Positions 19,163-28,768 of a DNA stretch of 64,000 nt are shown here, piece by piece. The stretch comes from a virus (taxonomy: Duplodnaviria > Caudoviricetes), in the IMG/VR virus record IMGVR_UViG_3300046167_000801. The stretch is one strand, 5' to 3'. Each line of letters opens with the position of its first letter. The stretch's first letter is position 1. The notes under the pieces are model-generated. The model was not told the origin of the DNA, did no database searches, and saw only the letters and a program-made list of their open reading frames with translations. A program made the position numbers and the translations under genes.

Positions 19163-20662
19163 TTAGTTTATTCTAATCGACTTATTTAAGATGTCATTTT
19201 CAAGTGTTTTTCTAAGTTCTACTAATTTATCCCAATCCGAGTAACCATTTTTTACCATTGGTTTTGTTGGTTGGTGAGCATGACCCGCAATAACTCTTGT
19301 TAAAATGTCTAAATAATCCAACAAGGTTTCACCTCTCACAGTTGCGTAGGTGTTAGGTTCAATCGAAGATAGAAGTTCTTCTTGAGTGTATTCGTATTTG
19401 TTTAACTTGTTGAATAATATTTTTTTAGTCCCCACAACATTTGTGTCGGTAGATATCATAAAAATTCTATCAGAAGATAATGTACTAAATGACTGTTCAA
19501 GTGTTGAAGAAACTGTTTTAAGTATTTTTTCTTTTTTCTTTTCTGTTTTTGGTTTTGGTGTTGGTTCATTCGGACTATAAACTAGACCTGAACCCATTAC
19601 CGTAGTACCAAGACAAGAAGGTGTCACTTTACTTAAAAAGGTAGGGTTAGTTAATGTTCTCACAGGTCTGTAATAAAACGGGTGTAAATCTATTTTGGGT
19701 AGATTACCGTCGAACTTTCTAATACCCTCGGAATTCATTTCACATATGGTTTTCCGTATGGTTATATATGCTAACTCATAACTATCAACAGTTTGGGAGA
19801 ATGAGGGTGACGACAAGGTACCATCTGTATTAATTAATTTAATTTGTTCAGAATAGTCTGATAGGTCTTGAGCAACATCACTGTTAAAGACGTTGGTGTT
19901 AAATGTTTGTCCGTAAATTTTCTTTACTTCATAAATGTACCAATCAATAACGTATTCCGACTGACCAGTTTGACTATTATTAATATTATACTCAACTATA
20001 TAGGAAAGTTTTTTGAAGGGTACTGAGGTCACTTCAGTCTCTTCTTCTTTAATTTCTTGTTTTGTTCCAAATTTTTTCAAACTTAGAATTGATCTCTTTT
20101 CGGAAAGTATGGGGTAGTTTATTATATCGGTCCTAACTTTATCCGACGAACTATCTTTAGACACTAATTTACCACCTCTAAGAGTTAAACCATTTTCAGT
20201 GAATAAAACATCTGAACCATAGGGTCCATATATTGCGTAGTCTTTAAGATTAGATAATGTCCCTTCTGATTTTTCTTTAACATATGTCCCATTTTCTGAG
20301 AATACGTTGTTCATTTTTTTAACGTTAGATCCGTAACTAGTATTTTCTACTTGTCTAGCATTAGTTTGACTTTGGAAATCATGTACTGTGGTGAATGGTC
20401 CTGCTATGTATTCCCTGTTAACTAAATCATTTTCAGGATTATATACAATTATTTTTACCGCCTGACCTATTTCAGGTATAAAATTAATATTTGTGGGTAG
20501 AAATGGATTGGCAATAAAAGGATCGTTATCGTCCCATGGTTCATATTCCCTTGACTTCTCTATAGGTCCTGTGGGTGTACCTGTAAGTTTAACGCGTATT
20601 CTACCAATCCCCTTAGGGTCGACATTATTATCAACAATCGCCAAACTTATAATACTACTCAT
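19163..20662 (-). CDS. Baseplate hub/spike protein with gp5-like N-terminal OB fold
   Basis: IVDNNVDPKGIGRIRVK...PEIGQAVKII is the gp5/VgrG OB-fold signature; no lysozyme domain recognised. Confidence 0.7.
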   Translation of the reverse strand: MSSIISLAIVDNNVDPKGIGRIRVKLTGTPTGPIEKSREYEPWDDNDPFIANPFLPTNINFIPEIGQAVKIIVYNPENDLVNREYIAGPFTTVHDFQSQTNARQVENTSYGSNVKKMNNVFSENGTYVKEKSEGTLSNLKDYAIYGPYGSDVLFTENGLTLRGGKLVSKDSSSDKVRTDIINYPILSEKRSILSLKKFGTKQEIKEEETEVTSVPFKKLSYIVEYNINNSQTGQSEYVIDWYIYEVKKIYGQTFNTNVFNSDVAQDLSDYSEQIKLINTDGTLSSPSFSQTVDSYELAYITIRKTICEMNSEGIRKFDGNLPKIDLHPFYYRPVRTLTNPTFLSKVTPSCLGTTVMGSGLVYSPNEPTPKPKTEKKKEKILKTVSSTLEQSFSTLSSDRIFMISTDTNVVGTKKILFNKLNKYEYTQEELLSSIEPNTYATVRGETLLDYLDILTRVIAGHAHQPTKPMVKNGYSDWDKLVELRKTLENDILNKSIRIN

Positions 20663-20862
20663 TATTTGTTCACTCTATTTAACATCTCATCGTTTATATT
20701 ATTGTACAATTGCTCAATCTTATCCAAATGTTTAGTTAATTCTACAATACTATATTTTGTCTTTTCAAACTCATCATTTAAAAATTCTAAACCTTCCTCT
20801 AAATCTTTATTAGATTTTACTGAAGGTTCATTTGAAACCTCTAAAACTTTTTTTAAATCCAT
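20662..20862 (-). CDS. Small coiled-coil hypothetical protein
   Basis: Start moved to ATG 20862 (MDLKKVLEV...), directly after the upstream stop at 20864. Confidence 0.65.
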   Translation of the reverse strand: MDLKKVLEVSNEPSVKSNKDLEEGLEFLNDEFEKTKYSIVELTKHLDKIEQLYNNINDEMLNRVNK

Positions 20863-20863
20863 A

Positions 20864-22759
20864 TTAGAACATTTTACCTGAAAAATTAATAAACCCTGGA
20901 GGTATAGGTATTGGTCCCATAGGAGACGCCAATACTGTAAACTTATTACCACCCTTGATGTGTGAGTTAGTGTCTATTTCTTCACTTTGACCATCTATCA
21001 TACTTTTTACCATTCCCATCATTTCATTGGCCTCACCATATATAGGTCCCGTATTAAGACCCAAACCGGCCATTCTCTCAGCCGCGTTCATATACGCTCT
21101 ATCCGCACTATACCCCGGTAACAAATCTGAAAAACTAAGTAATATACCAGGTATATTGATTGTGGGACCTCTCATATTTATCGCCCCTAATATCGTGTCT
21201 ATTATTGCTTGGAATATTGCCAAACAATTATCAAGACCACGAGCCAATATTTTTCTAATAAGTGCGATAATTGCTAAAAGTATTCTTCTGAATCTTTTAA
21301 ATTTATTTGTGATTATCTTTAACGCAATTTCTTTAACAAAATTTAAAAGGTCTCTTTTAATAAATCCCCAAAACTCTTTTATAAATCTCCAAAAAACATC
21401 TTTTATTATTTTGAAGAATAGTTTTGAAAGTTTTTTCATTATGTCTTTTACATCACCCGCAAATCCCTTTATCTGTTTCCATGCAACAATTATAGGGAAC
21501 ATCATTTTAGGTGATATTATTGATGAAACTAATGCCTTTGGTACATTTAAGATAAATAAATTTATAAGTTCTAAATTAATATTATCTATTGGTGCAAAAT
21601 TGTCACTCTGTATTGCTGAATTATTTGCCGCGTTTGCCAAGGTTGAATCCACTAATTGACCTAAATCTCCATTTTGTGAGAGGTAAACAAAATCTTCAAA
21701 ATTATCGGATGAGGACGGTACTTCAAAATTACCACAATCTACGAATCTAAGTACTTTACGATATCTTGCATCTTCATCATCTAAATCTATACCCTCTACA
21801 TCATTGAAATCGAAATACGATTCAATATCTTGATCGTTCTCATTAAATTGTTTACTCGTTGTTTGTATAAGTCCCGAATCTTCACTTGGAGAGTTACATA
21901 TTTTAAATAACTTATTACAGAGTTTGTTTAATTCATTAACCGCCTTATCAAAAACAGGTGGATTCTCACCATCTCCTTGTAGAGTCATTAACATTGCGGT
22001 TTTAACAATATATTCAAAACTAGGTTGTTCAATACTACTGTAGTAATCCCCAACAAACTGACCTACCTTAGGTACGGTACCACCACCACCTTGTAATCCA
22101 CTTACATCGTACTTTTGAGTACCGGCATTCCAATTTAAATCAAATAAACTCGCACCTGAATTGGAACTAAAAGTGTATGGGTTTGAGAAAGTGTCGTAAA
22201 AATCTCTATTCATTTTTACATTACCCGTACTACTATTTGGGTCCTCATACATTATTAGACCTACTTTGGAGTTGGGTTCGGTTTGTAAAACTTCTAAGAA
22301 GTCAAACTCTTTAGGTGAAATAGACATTGTGTTTGCGGGCATATCTGTATCTACACCACATATACTTGTCTCCTCATCTACAAACAATACTTTTTTAACG
22401 GCATCTGCAACAATATTTTTAGAGTCTTCAGAGGTTATCCTTGCCGACTCCATTGCATATTTCTTAATCTTATTACCTGATATTAATTTATCATTAACCT
22501 GAATGTCGTTACTTTTATTACTAAGAAACCCAGACGCAACATCTATGATCGAACTGAATATATCGGTTTTCTCACCTTTTTTCTTAAACTTAGATTTTAG
22601 ACCATCTATTTTGGTCTGTAATAGTTTATCGGTCTTGGTTATACCATCCGCATAAATGTCATATAATTCGTCAGTGTTTAATTTAGGATCATCATTGATC
22701 TTTTTAATCACATCGATTTTAGACTTTAATTTATTTCTAAGTTGTTTAACCTTACTCAT
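20864..22759 (-). CDS. Large hypothetical protein, probably structural
   Basis: 631-aa ORF in the operon with the gp5-like gene. Confidence 0.7.
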   Translation of the reverse strand: MSKVKQLRNKLKSKIDVIKKINDDPKLNTDELYDIYADGITKTDKLLQTKIDGLKSKFKKKGEKTDIFSSIIDVASGFLSNKSNDIQVNDKLISGNKIKKYAMESARITSEDSKNIVADAVKKVLFVDEETSICGVDTDMPANTMSISPKEFDFLEVLQTEPNSKVGLIMYEDPNSSTGNVKMNRDFYDTFSNPYTFSSNSGASLFDLNWNAGTQKYDVSGLQGGGGTVPKVGQFVGDYYSSIEQPSFEYIVKTAMLMTLQGDGENPPVFDKAVNELNKLCNKLFKICNSPSEDSGLIQTTSKQFNENDQDIESYFDFNDVEGIDLDDEDARYRKVLRFVDCGNFEVPSSSDNFEDFVYLSQNGDLGQLVDSTLANAANNSAIQSDNFAPIDNINLELINLFILNVPKALVSSIISPKMMFPIIVAWKQIKGFAGDVKDIMKKLSKLFFKIIKDVFWRFIKEFWGFIKRDLLNFVKEIALKIITNKFKRFRRILLAIIALIRKILARGLDNCLAIFQAIIDTILGAINMRGPTINIPGILLSFSDLLPGYSADRAYMNAAERMAGLGLNTGPIYGEANEMMGMVKSMIDGQSEEIDTNSHIKGGNKFTVLASPMGPIPIPPGFINFSGKMF

Positions 22760-23136
22760 TACATCTTATAATTTTGAGTATTATCTGTGGGTTCATCATC
22801 CTCTCTCATAAGTTTTTCCAGTAAAATTCTATCCTCTTCGGATAGGTCCATTTTACCCCCTGACTGTGGACCACTACCTCCTGTTTGTTTAAGGAGTGTA
22901 CTTTGTAATTTCACAAGGGAAATTTTCTTTTCAGTACAATCGTTCATGATCTTCTGTTGTTCTTTAATAACTGGTCCAATTACACTCATATCTTCCGCTT
23001 CTTTCATAAAACTCAACATCTTTTTAGTAATCATACTAGCCGTCTGTTTTTGTTCAACAATGTCGTTATATATTTCTTGCATAAGTGCAAGTGCAGAATC
23101 AGTATCTAAAGACAATAAATTCTTTTTCCTTCTCAT
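22759..23136 (-). CDS. Hypothetical helical protein
   Basis: 125-aa ORF with TATTTATA 3 nt upstream (23140-23147). Confidence 0.7.
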   Translation of the reverse strand: MRRKKNLLSLDTDSALALMQEIYNDIVEQKQTASMITKKMLSFMKEAEDMSVIGPVIKEQQKIMNDCTEKKISLVKLQSTLLKQTGGSGPQSGGKMDLSEEDRILLEKLMREDDEPTDNTQNYKM

Positions 23137-23154
23137 ACCTATAAATAGATTGTT

Positions 23155-23856
23155 CTAGTAATTTATAAAATCTAACTTCAATACCTCATAGAGTTTTTTA
23201 AACTTTTTCATAGCAACTCTTATTTCTTTGGTAGATAGTGAAGTCATCTCACGTAAGGATAATAGAATTAAGTTTTTATTAAACTTATTACCTTCACCCA
23301 CTTGAAATATCTTTTCAAAGTTGGTAAAGACCTCAACAAGGGCATATCCTAACTTCTGTTCATTCTCATTAAGGGTTTCTTCTTCGATAAATTTTTCTAA
23401 TTCAACCGTAAGTTTATTTACGACATCCTTATAATCTATAATTTCTTCGTCTATAATGTAAGAAAGGTCCGCCCTATCTTCAATCCGTGAGGATATGTCT
23501 TCATAGGAAACAGACCTGTTCATTAGTTTTTGGTCTTTCTGTATTGTACCCATAAGGTAATTTTTACAGATAGTACCGAAATAGGAATATGCTTTATAAT
23601 TTTTAGTCGTATCAAACTTACTGATCTTAGTCATTAAAAATGATAATGTATCAGTATGTATTTGTTCGAAATTATAGTCTTTCCTATAAAGTTTGTAACG
23701 GCGAATTATACTTTCCACCATTATTTTGAGAGGTTCTCTTAAATATTCATTAAATATCTTATTCTTTTCGTCTTCGTTTTCTGATTCTAAAAATCTTACT
23801 ACCGCTTGTTCTTGCTCCTCCCCAAAGTACATTTTTTGGGTTCTTTTTCTGGGCAT
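23155..23856 (-). CDS. Phage RNA polymerase sigma factor (T4 gp55-like late sigma)
   Basis: Region-2-like segment LMTKISKFDTTKNYKAYSYFGTICKNYL. Confidence 0.75.
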   Translation of the reverse strand: MPRKRTQKMYFGEEQEQAVVRFLESENEDEKNKIFNEYLREPLKIMVESIIRRYKLYRKDYNFEQIHTDTLSFLMTKISKFDTTKNYKAYSYFGTICKNYLMGTIQKDQKLMNRSVSYEDISSRIEDRADLSYIIDEEIIDYKDVVNKLTVELEKFIEEETLNENEQKLGYALVEVFTNFEKIFQVGEGNKFNKNLILLSLREMTSLSTKEIRVAMKKFKKLYEVLKLDFINY

Positions 23857-24641
23857 TAATTGTCTACGTATTCTACTTCTCGTTTATTCTTGAAGAAAAA
23901 TTCTTTTTTAGCGGTCTCCAACCAAAACTTAGCTTCACCATCACCTAATTTGTGATCGTCTGAGTTTTTATAGGACCAAAATAATGAGTCTTCTCTAAAG
24001 TTTACATGTCTATACCCAACTTGAGGGATAGTGGCCACTTTAGCGCCGTTATGAGTTAATCTCAATAAAAACTCATAACTAAATGTGAGTTTAATATTAT
24101 CTTTAAATGAACCATTTTCTTTAATAACTTCTGTTTTATAGAAACCACCACTTGTTTGGTAATTTTGATAATCTAAAAGTATTTCATTACTTAGTTCTCC
24201 TTGGTTCTCACTGAAACCATATGCCCAAACAGATTCATTTGTAAAATTCAAAAGTTTACCTTCAGAATTAACATCTTTAACGATTGGTAATAGGATATCC
24301 GCGTCAGGGAAAAGAGTATGGTATGTTCTAAATGACTTAATCCAATTAGGTGTGTATTCATCATCTATCTCCAATATTGAAAACCATTCAGTTTCACAAT
24401 TATCAATTCCCAAATTTACTTGAGAACAGAAACCTGTGTCCCCTTCATTGATTACTATATTAACATCTAATTTATCTGAAATACTATCTTTTTTTAGATC
24501 TCCCAAGACATTTTTAGGTCCCACTAATAATAGGGAGACATCGTCATGAAACTGTTCTACAGAAAGTATTGCTCTTGAAAACATTTCATTATATTCACCT
24601 TTCAAATCGTGAATAGGTAATATTACGGTTATATTTTTCAT
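23856..24641 (-). CDS. Glycosyltransferase, GT-A fold (GT2-like)
   Basis: ITVILPIH, QVNLGI, FSILEIDDEY (DxD-like) and YEFLLRL motifs. Confidence 0.8.
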   Translation of the reverse strand: MKNITVILPIHDLKGEYNEMFSRAILSVEQFHDDVSLLLVGPKNVLGDLKKDSISDKLDVNIVINEGDTGFCSQVNLGIDNCETEWFSILEIDDEYTPNWIKSFRTYHTLFPDADILLPIVKDVNSEGKLLNFTNESVWAYGFSENQGELSNEILLDYQNYQTSGGFYKTEVIKENGSFKDNIKLTFSYEFLLRLTHNGAKVATIPQVGYRHVNFREDSLFWSYKNSDDHKLGDGEAKFWLETAKKEFFFKNKREVEYVDN

Positions 24642-25705
24642 GCTGTTTCTTCTTGTTTTAATTTATCCAACGCTTCTGACAATACGTTTAATCTTCCTTC
24701 TTTAAGTGAATTAAAAATAGATGTCACATTGTTATCGATTATATCACTATCGTATGGTATTAGTGTTTCTCTCATTTTTTCTTTTACTTCGTCAGTAATT
24801 GTTACTCCTTCCAACCACGCTAAAACGTAAGTACCTAGTAGTTCTACAATTTTATTTAAATCATAAGTCCATATACCATTCTCGGACAACCACTCAGGTT
24901 CTGTTGTAGGTATTTTACCAATAACTGGTACTTCACACTTCATTGACTCCAAAGGGAACGTCCCAAAAGTAGAATCATCGTCCATCCAAACAGAACAAAT
25001 ACATTCTTTTAATTGGGTAGAAAATTCTTCATAGGTTAATTGTACCATATCTTTAAATGTAACCCATCTTAGTTGAGGGTACTTTAAATAGAATTCTGAT
25101 ATTACTTTTCTATGTTGACCTCGGTCTCTCGCACTAATGGCAATAAAAGGTTTGGTAGGGTTTTCTGAAGGAGAGAATCCATCACCAATCTTTGGTGGAT
25201 TTACGTGAATCAAATTCTCAGGGAAAATACTTTTTATATATTCCTTAGATTTTTGTGTTGTTGTAATTACTTTATCAAAACCATAATCACTCCATCTACT
25301 ACCAACAGGTAGGGTTTCAAATATATATTCGGTTTGTTGTACTAACATAACCTTAGTACATTTAACTGATGCCAGTTGTTCAAGTACGTTAGAGTAGTAT
25401 TCAGGTACCACTAAAATATCTTCAATACCCATTTGAACTTGATCCTCTTTTATACTCACAATTGGTATATCTTTAAATCTGTCACCTAACCACGAATTAA
25501 CACCTACGTAGTTTTTATCTTCAACTAAAATGTATGCATCTAACCCACTTTCTCTTAAAGTGTGTACGGTGTCATATATGTATTTAACTGACGCCCTTGC
25601 ATTTGTTTTAGTATCATATGTAAGAAAGTATAACTTATGTTTGTTAGATTTTAACCTATCATACGCACTTTCTATTTTTTCCAAGTTTTCTATTTTTTCA
25701 CTCAT
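24638..25705 (-). CDS. Glycosyltransferase, GT-B fold
   Basis: DILVVPEY and DDDSTFGTFPLESMKCEVPVIG (FG..P.EAM..G.PVI donor-binding motif). Confidence 0.7.
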   Translation of the reverse strand: MSEKIENLEKIESAYDRLKSNKHKLYFLTYDTKTNARASVKYIYDTVHTLRESGLDAYILVEDKNYVGVNSWLGDRFKDIPIVSIKEDQVQMGIEDILVVPEYYSNVLEQLASVKCTKVMLVQQTEYIFETLPVGSRWSDYGFDKVITTTQKSKEYIKSIFPENLIHVNPPKIGDGFSPSENPTKPFIAISARDRGQHRKVISEFYLKYPQLRWVTFKDMVQLTYEEFSTQLKECICSVWMDDDSTFGTFPLESMKCEVPVIGKIPTTEPEWLSENGIWTYDLNKIVELLGTYVLAWLEGVTITDEVKEKMRETLIPYDSDIIDNNVTSIFNSLKEGRLNVLSEALDKLKQEETA

Positions 25706-25991
25706 ATTCTTCTTTAACTAAAATACCATATTTTATTAGTGTGTTAAACGCAAATTTAAATGGTAATGATAATTCTGAATTAAGTAATCCTAACCCGTTA
25801 TCGTCCACCACATTCTCAGTTAAAATAGTATCTATACATTGTTTAACCGCATCGTATTTAAACACGTTTATTGTTTGTTCCACTTGTAGTGGTTCCCCCT
25901 TATCATTCTTGATCGGTTCGACTTCTAATTCGCACGTCTCAGTAATTTTGCTAATGTTGAGATAATAATATTCTCCGAAGATTTCAACCAT
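25698..25991 (-). CDS. Hypothetical protein
   Basis: 97-aa ORF overlapping both neighbours. Confidence 0.55.
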   Translation of the reverse strand: MVEIFGEYYYLNISKITETCELEVEPIKNDKGEPLQVEQTINVFKYDAVKQCIDTILTENVVDDNGLGLLNSELSLPFKFAFNTLIKYGILVKEEYE

Positions 25992-26575
25992 GTCTTATCT
26001 ATTTCTGTTAATTTATGTATTTCTAATTGATTTGTAAAGTGTTGGTTATAGTCAGTATTGAACTTTACAACCTTCTTATTTTTAGGACAATGATCAATAA
26101 CTGTTTTATTGTCCGTTATCCATAAATCACAATTTTTCCAAAGTTTGGGTATTTCACTAGACATGGTAAACTTAACGTTATTACCCATAAAACCGTTTTT
26201 AGAAAGAAAGAACAATGTAGATGGTTTAGATTTACCTAATTGATCTAAACCTATCAGAGTAAAGTTATGTTCCTTATTTTCATATATAAGATTATTTAAA
26301 TCATGAAATGCCTTTAAATAACTTTGATTTGCATGTCCAAATATTTCCATAGCATAATCAATGAAAATAAAATTATCGAACTCACTTTTAGATTGGTATA
26401 AATAACTCTCTAATAAGAAGTTATTTTTAACTGGTTCTATAACACCGTACTCAAACGAATTCTCCTCATCGGTCTTTTCATCAGACTCCCTATCTAAATA
26501 ATAATCTTTATAGTGGTAATCAAACTTTGCAATTGTGTTACGTAAAACCCCATCTATGTTTATTAAAATCTCCAT
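25925..26575 (-). CDS. 5'(3')-nucleotidase-like HAD protein with a degenerate active site
   Basis: N-terminal INIDGVLRN in place of DxDGVL; C-terminal LWITDN in place of LIDD. Confidence 0.6.
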   Translation of the reverse strand: MEILINIDGVLRNTIAKFDYHYKDYYLDRESDEKTDEENSFEYGVIEPVKNNFLLESYLYQSKSEFDNFIFIDYAMEIFGHANQSYLKAFHDLNNLIYENKEHNFTLIGLDQLGKSKPSTLFFLSKNGFMGNNVKFTMSSEIPKLWKNCDLWITDNKTVIDHCPKNKKVVKFNTDYNQHFTNQLEIHKLTEIDKTWLKSSENIIISTLAKLLRRAN

Positions 26576-26611
26576 ATTAATAATATAATAAATTTATTGT
26601 TATAAGTAAAG

Positions 26612-27310
26612 TTAATCGTATCTTTTTAATATCTTACCAATTATTGGGTTTCTAACAATGTCCTTAGTTCCAAACTCATATACACCCACATTATTTAAAT
26701 CCATTAATCTACTCTTAGCATCATAAAGACCACTTTTAGTTTTATCTTTAAATTTATCTGATTGTTCTAAATCCCCCGATATAAAGAATTTAGAATTAAA
26801 ACCAATTCTTGTTAAAAGTAGTTTCATTTGTGCCGGTGTGGCATTTTGGGCCTCTTCGAATATTAGAATAGTATTATCTACATTCCATCCCCTCATATAT
26901 GCCAATGCGGCAACCTCAATAAACCCCTCATCTTTTAATTTAGTTTTGTTTTCTTTACCGATTATTTTATTTAAAAGGTAATATGATGGGAAAATATATG
27001 GGTCTAACTTTTCTTCTAATCCACCAGGTAATGAACCTAATTTCTCTTCGGCCTCAACAGCGGGTCTAACAATTATAATTTTTTCATATTTGTTATTATC
27101 ATTCCACAATAAGTCACACGCCTTTTTCATAGCGATATACGACTTACCCACACCTGCAGGTCCAAAACATAATGTTATTTCATTATCTTCTAACGTATCC
27201 CAATACTCTTTTTGGGACTCTGTTAGAAATTTCTCTCTTGGTTTTTTAAATATCTCTTTTATTCTTTGTTTTGATGATACCTTAGTACCTGTACTTTTTC
27301 TTTGAGCCAT
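26612..27310 (-). CDS. phoH: PhoH family ATPase
   Basis: GPAGVGKS, RPAVEA, EEAQN and GDLEQSD motifs. Confidence 0.93.
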   Translation of the reverse strand: MAQRKSTGTKVSSKQRIKEIFKKPREKFLTESQKEYWDTLEDNEITLCFGPAGVGKSYIAMKKACDLLWNDNNKYEKIIIVRPAVEAEEKLGSLPGGLEEKLDPYIFPSYYLLNKIIGKENKTKLKDEGFIEVAALAYMRGWNVDNTILIFEEAQNATPAQMKLLLTRIGFNSKFFISGDLEQSDKFKDKTKSGLYDAKSRLMDLNNVGVYEFGTKDIVRNPIIGKILKRYD

Positions 27311-27331
27311 TAATTATGTATATGTGTAACC

Positions 27332-27973
27332 TTATTTACCTGTCGATCCAAAACCTCCTTCTCCTCTATCGGTTTCGGATAATTCAGTAACTTCAGTAAA
27401 TTTTATTTTGGGGTAGGGTAAAATCATTAGTTGACATATTCTTTCCCCGTTCTCGTAAATAGTGGATTGGTTAGATCCTTTATTAATGTTAAATGTTGCC
27501 ATTATTTCTCCTCTATATCCACTATCTATAACACCGACAGAGTTACTTAACTCCAAAACGGTCCTACGAATTGAGGATCTTGGGAATACTAAACCAACAT
27601 AACCTGAAGGTATTTCTAATGAAATTCCTGTACTGTACGTTACTTGGTTTGTTTGTTCATTCAATGTATAACTTACACAATGTAAATCCACACACCCATC
27701 ACCTTTTTTAGAATATGTTGGTGTAACTGCGTCTTTGTGTAGTTTTTTAAATTTACAACCAATACTATATTCATAAGGAGTATTAATAGTATCACCTACA
27801 CCAACACCTTGAGAGTTTTGTACATGATCCATAGAGTCCGACGTTAATTTATTTAACGTCTCGGACACCTCATTCATAAAAGACTCATCTATGTTATCCT
27901 CGTCCTCTTCTGAAAGGATTTCCTCAAAACCTTCTAACTTTTTTAGATATTCCTCTAATGTCTTTTTATCCAT
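27332..27973 (-). CDS. dut: Trimeric dUTPase with acidic N-terminal extension
   Basis: FPRSS, GVIDSGYRGEI and RGEGGFGSTG motifs; start moved to ATG 27973. Confidence 0.92.
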   Translation of the reverse strand: MDKKTLEEYLKKLEGFEEILSEEDEDNIDESFMNEVSETLNKLTSDSMDHVQNSQGVGVGDTINTPYEYSIGCKFKKLHKDAVTPTYSKKGDGCVDLHCVSYTLNEQTNQVTYSTGISLEIPSGYVGLVFPRSSIRRTVLELSNSVGVIDSGYRGEIMATFNINKGSNQSTIYENGERICQLMILPYPKIKFTEVTELSETDRGEGGFGSTGK

Positions 27974-28526
27974 GTTTTTGTTCAAATATTGCCAACTCAA
28001 ACCCTTGTTTAACGATTTGTGCTAATGGTGTTGAATGGTATTTAGATTGTAAATCATTATCACCTTTATCAGAATTAACTATCGTCTGATATTCTTCTTC
28101 ACTTAATTTAACTCCATATATTGAACAATAATACGCTGATCTTTCACCTACTCTCATAGATACCAATTCATCGTTGAATTCATACATTTTACCCAACTTA
28201 TTTCGGTGCCATTCACTCTCATTTGGTACAAATAAAAATACCTTACCTATTTGTGATAGGATTGTACATTTTAATATACTATCAATGGATTGTTGTAAAT
28301 TTTCAGGTAAAATACTATTAACCTTAACCGCGTATTTAGATGCAATAAAAACATGTTCTATTAAACCACCGGGATAGGCACCGTACATATCTAATGTAGT
28401 TGATGCGGGGGAAGTAAAAAGATCATCACCTAAGAATTTAAGTAAATCAGATGTTAACACATCATATTTCTCCGAAGTCTCAAGTAACTTCTTTTTATTA
28501 TTTTCTATTTGTTCTTTGTTTAACAT
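27966..28526 (-). CDS. HD-domain-like protein with lost metal ligands
   Basis: SPAS...YGAYPGGLIEH...ILSQIGK follows the YH.AY.GGL.EH...LLHDxGK layout but lacks the HD pair. Confidence 0.65.
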   Translation of the reverse strand: MLNKEQIENNKKKLLETSEKYDVLTSDLLKFLGDDLFTSPASTTLDMYGAYPGGLIEHVFIASKYAVKVNSILPENLQQSIDSILKCTILSQIGKVFLFVPNESEWHRNKLGKMYEFNDELVSMRVGERSAYYCSIYGVKLSEEEYQTIVNSDKGDNDLQSKYHSTPLAQIVKQGFELAIFEQKHG

Positions 28527-28530
28527 AATG

Positions 28531-28764
28531 TTATCCTTTATAAAGTTCAGGTGTAATTGCTGGATCTAAAACACATTCAACCGCCATTTTAACGATTGAG
28601 ATACTTTCACTTGATCTCATATCTTCCGATTTATATTTGTTTAAGACGATTGTTGCCTCTTCTACAGACTCTGCCTGTACGACATATTTTACTTTGTCTA
28701 ATCTTGGATTTCCGTTTCTATCCAATTGTTCTTTTTCGTAACCTACTGTTGCTAAATAATACAT
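28531..28764 (-). CDS. DUF4494-like small protein
   Basis: YLATVGYEK...KYVVQAESVEEA resembles the Bacteroidota DUF4494 pattern (W..kv.Yek...e.YlVdA.sftEAE), recalled from memory. Confidence 0.5.
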   Translation of the reverse strand: MYYLATVGYEKEQLDRNGNPRLDKVKYVVQAESVEEATIVLNKYKSEDMRSSESISIVKMAVECVLDPAITPELYKG

Positions 28765-28768
28765 AATT

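Noticed and set aside
21027-21659. 210-aa plus-strand ORF
   Set aside because: It lies wholly antisense within the 631-aa gene and has no promoter motif or recognisable domain.
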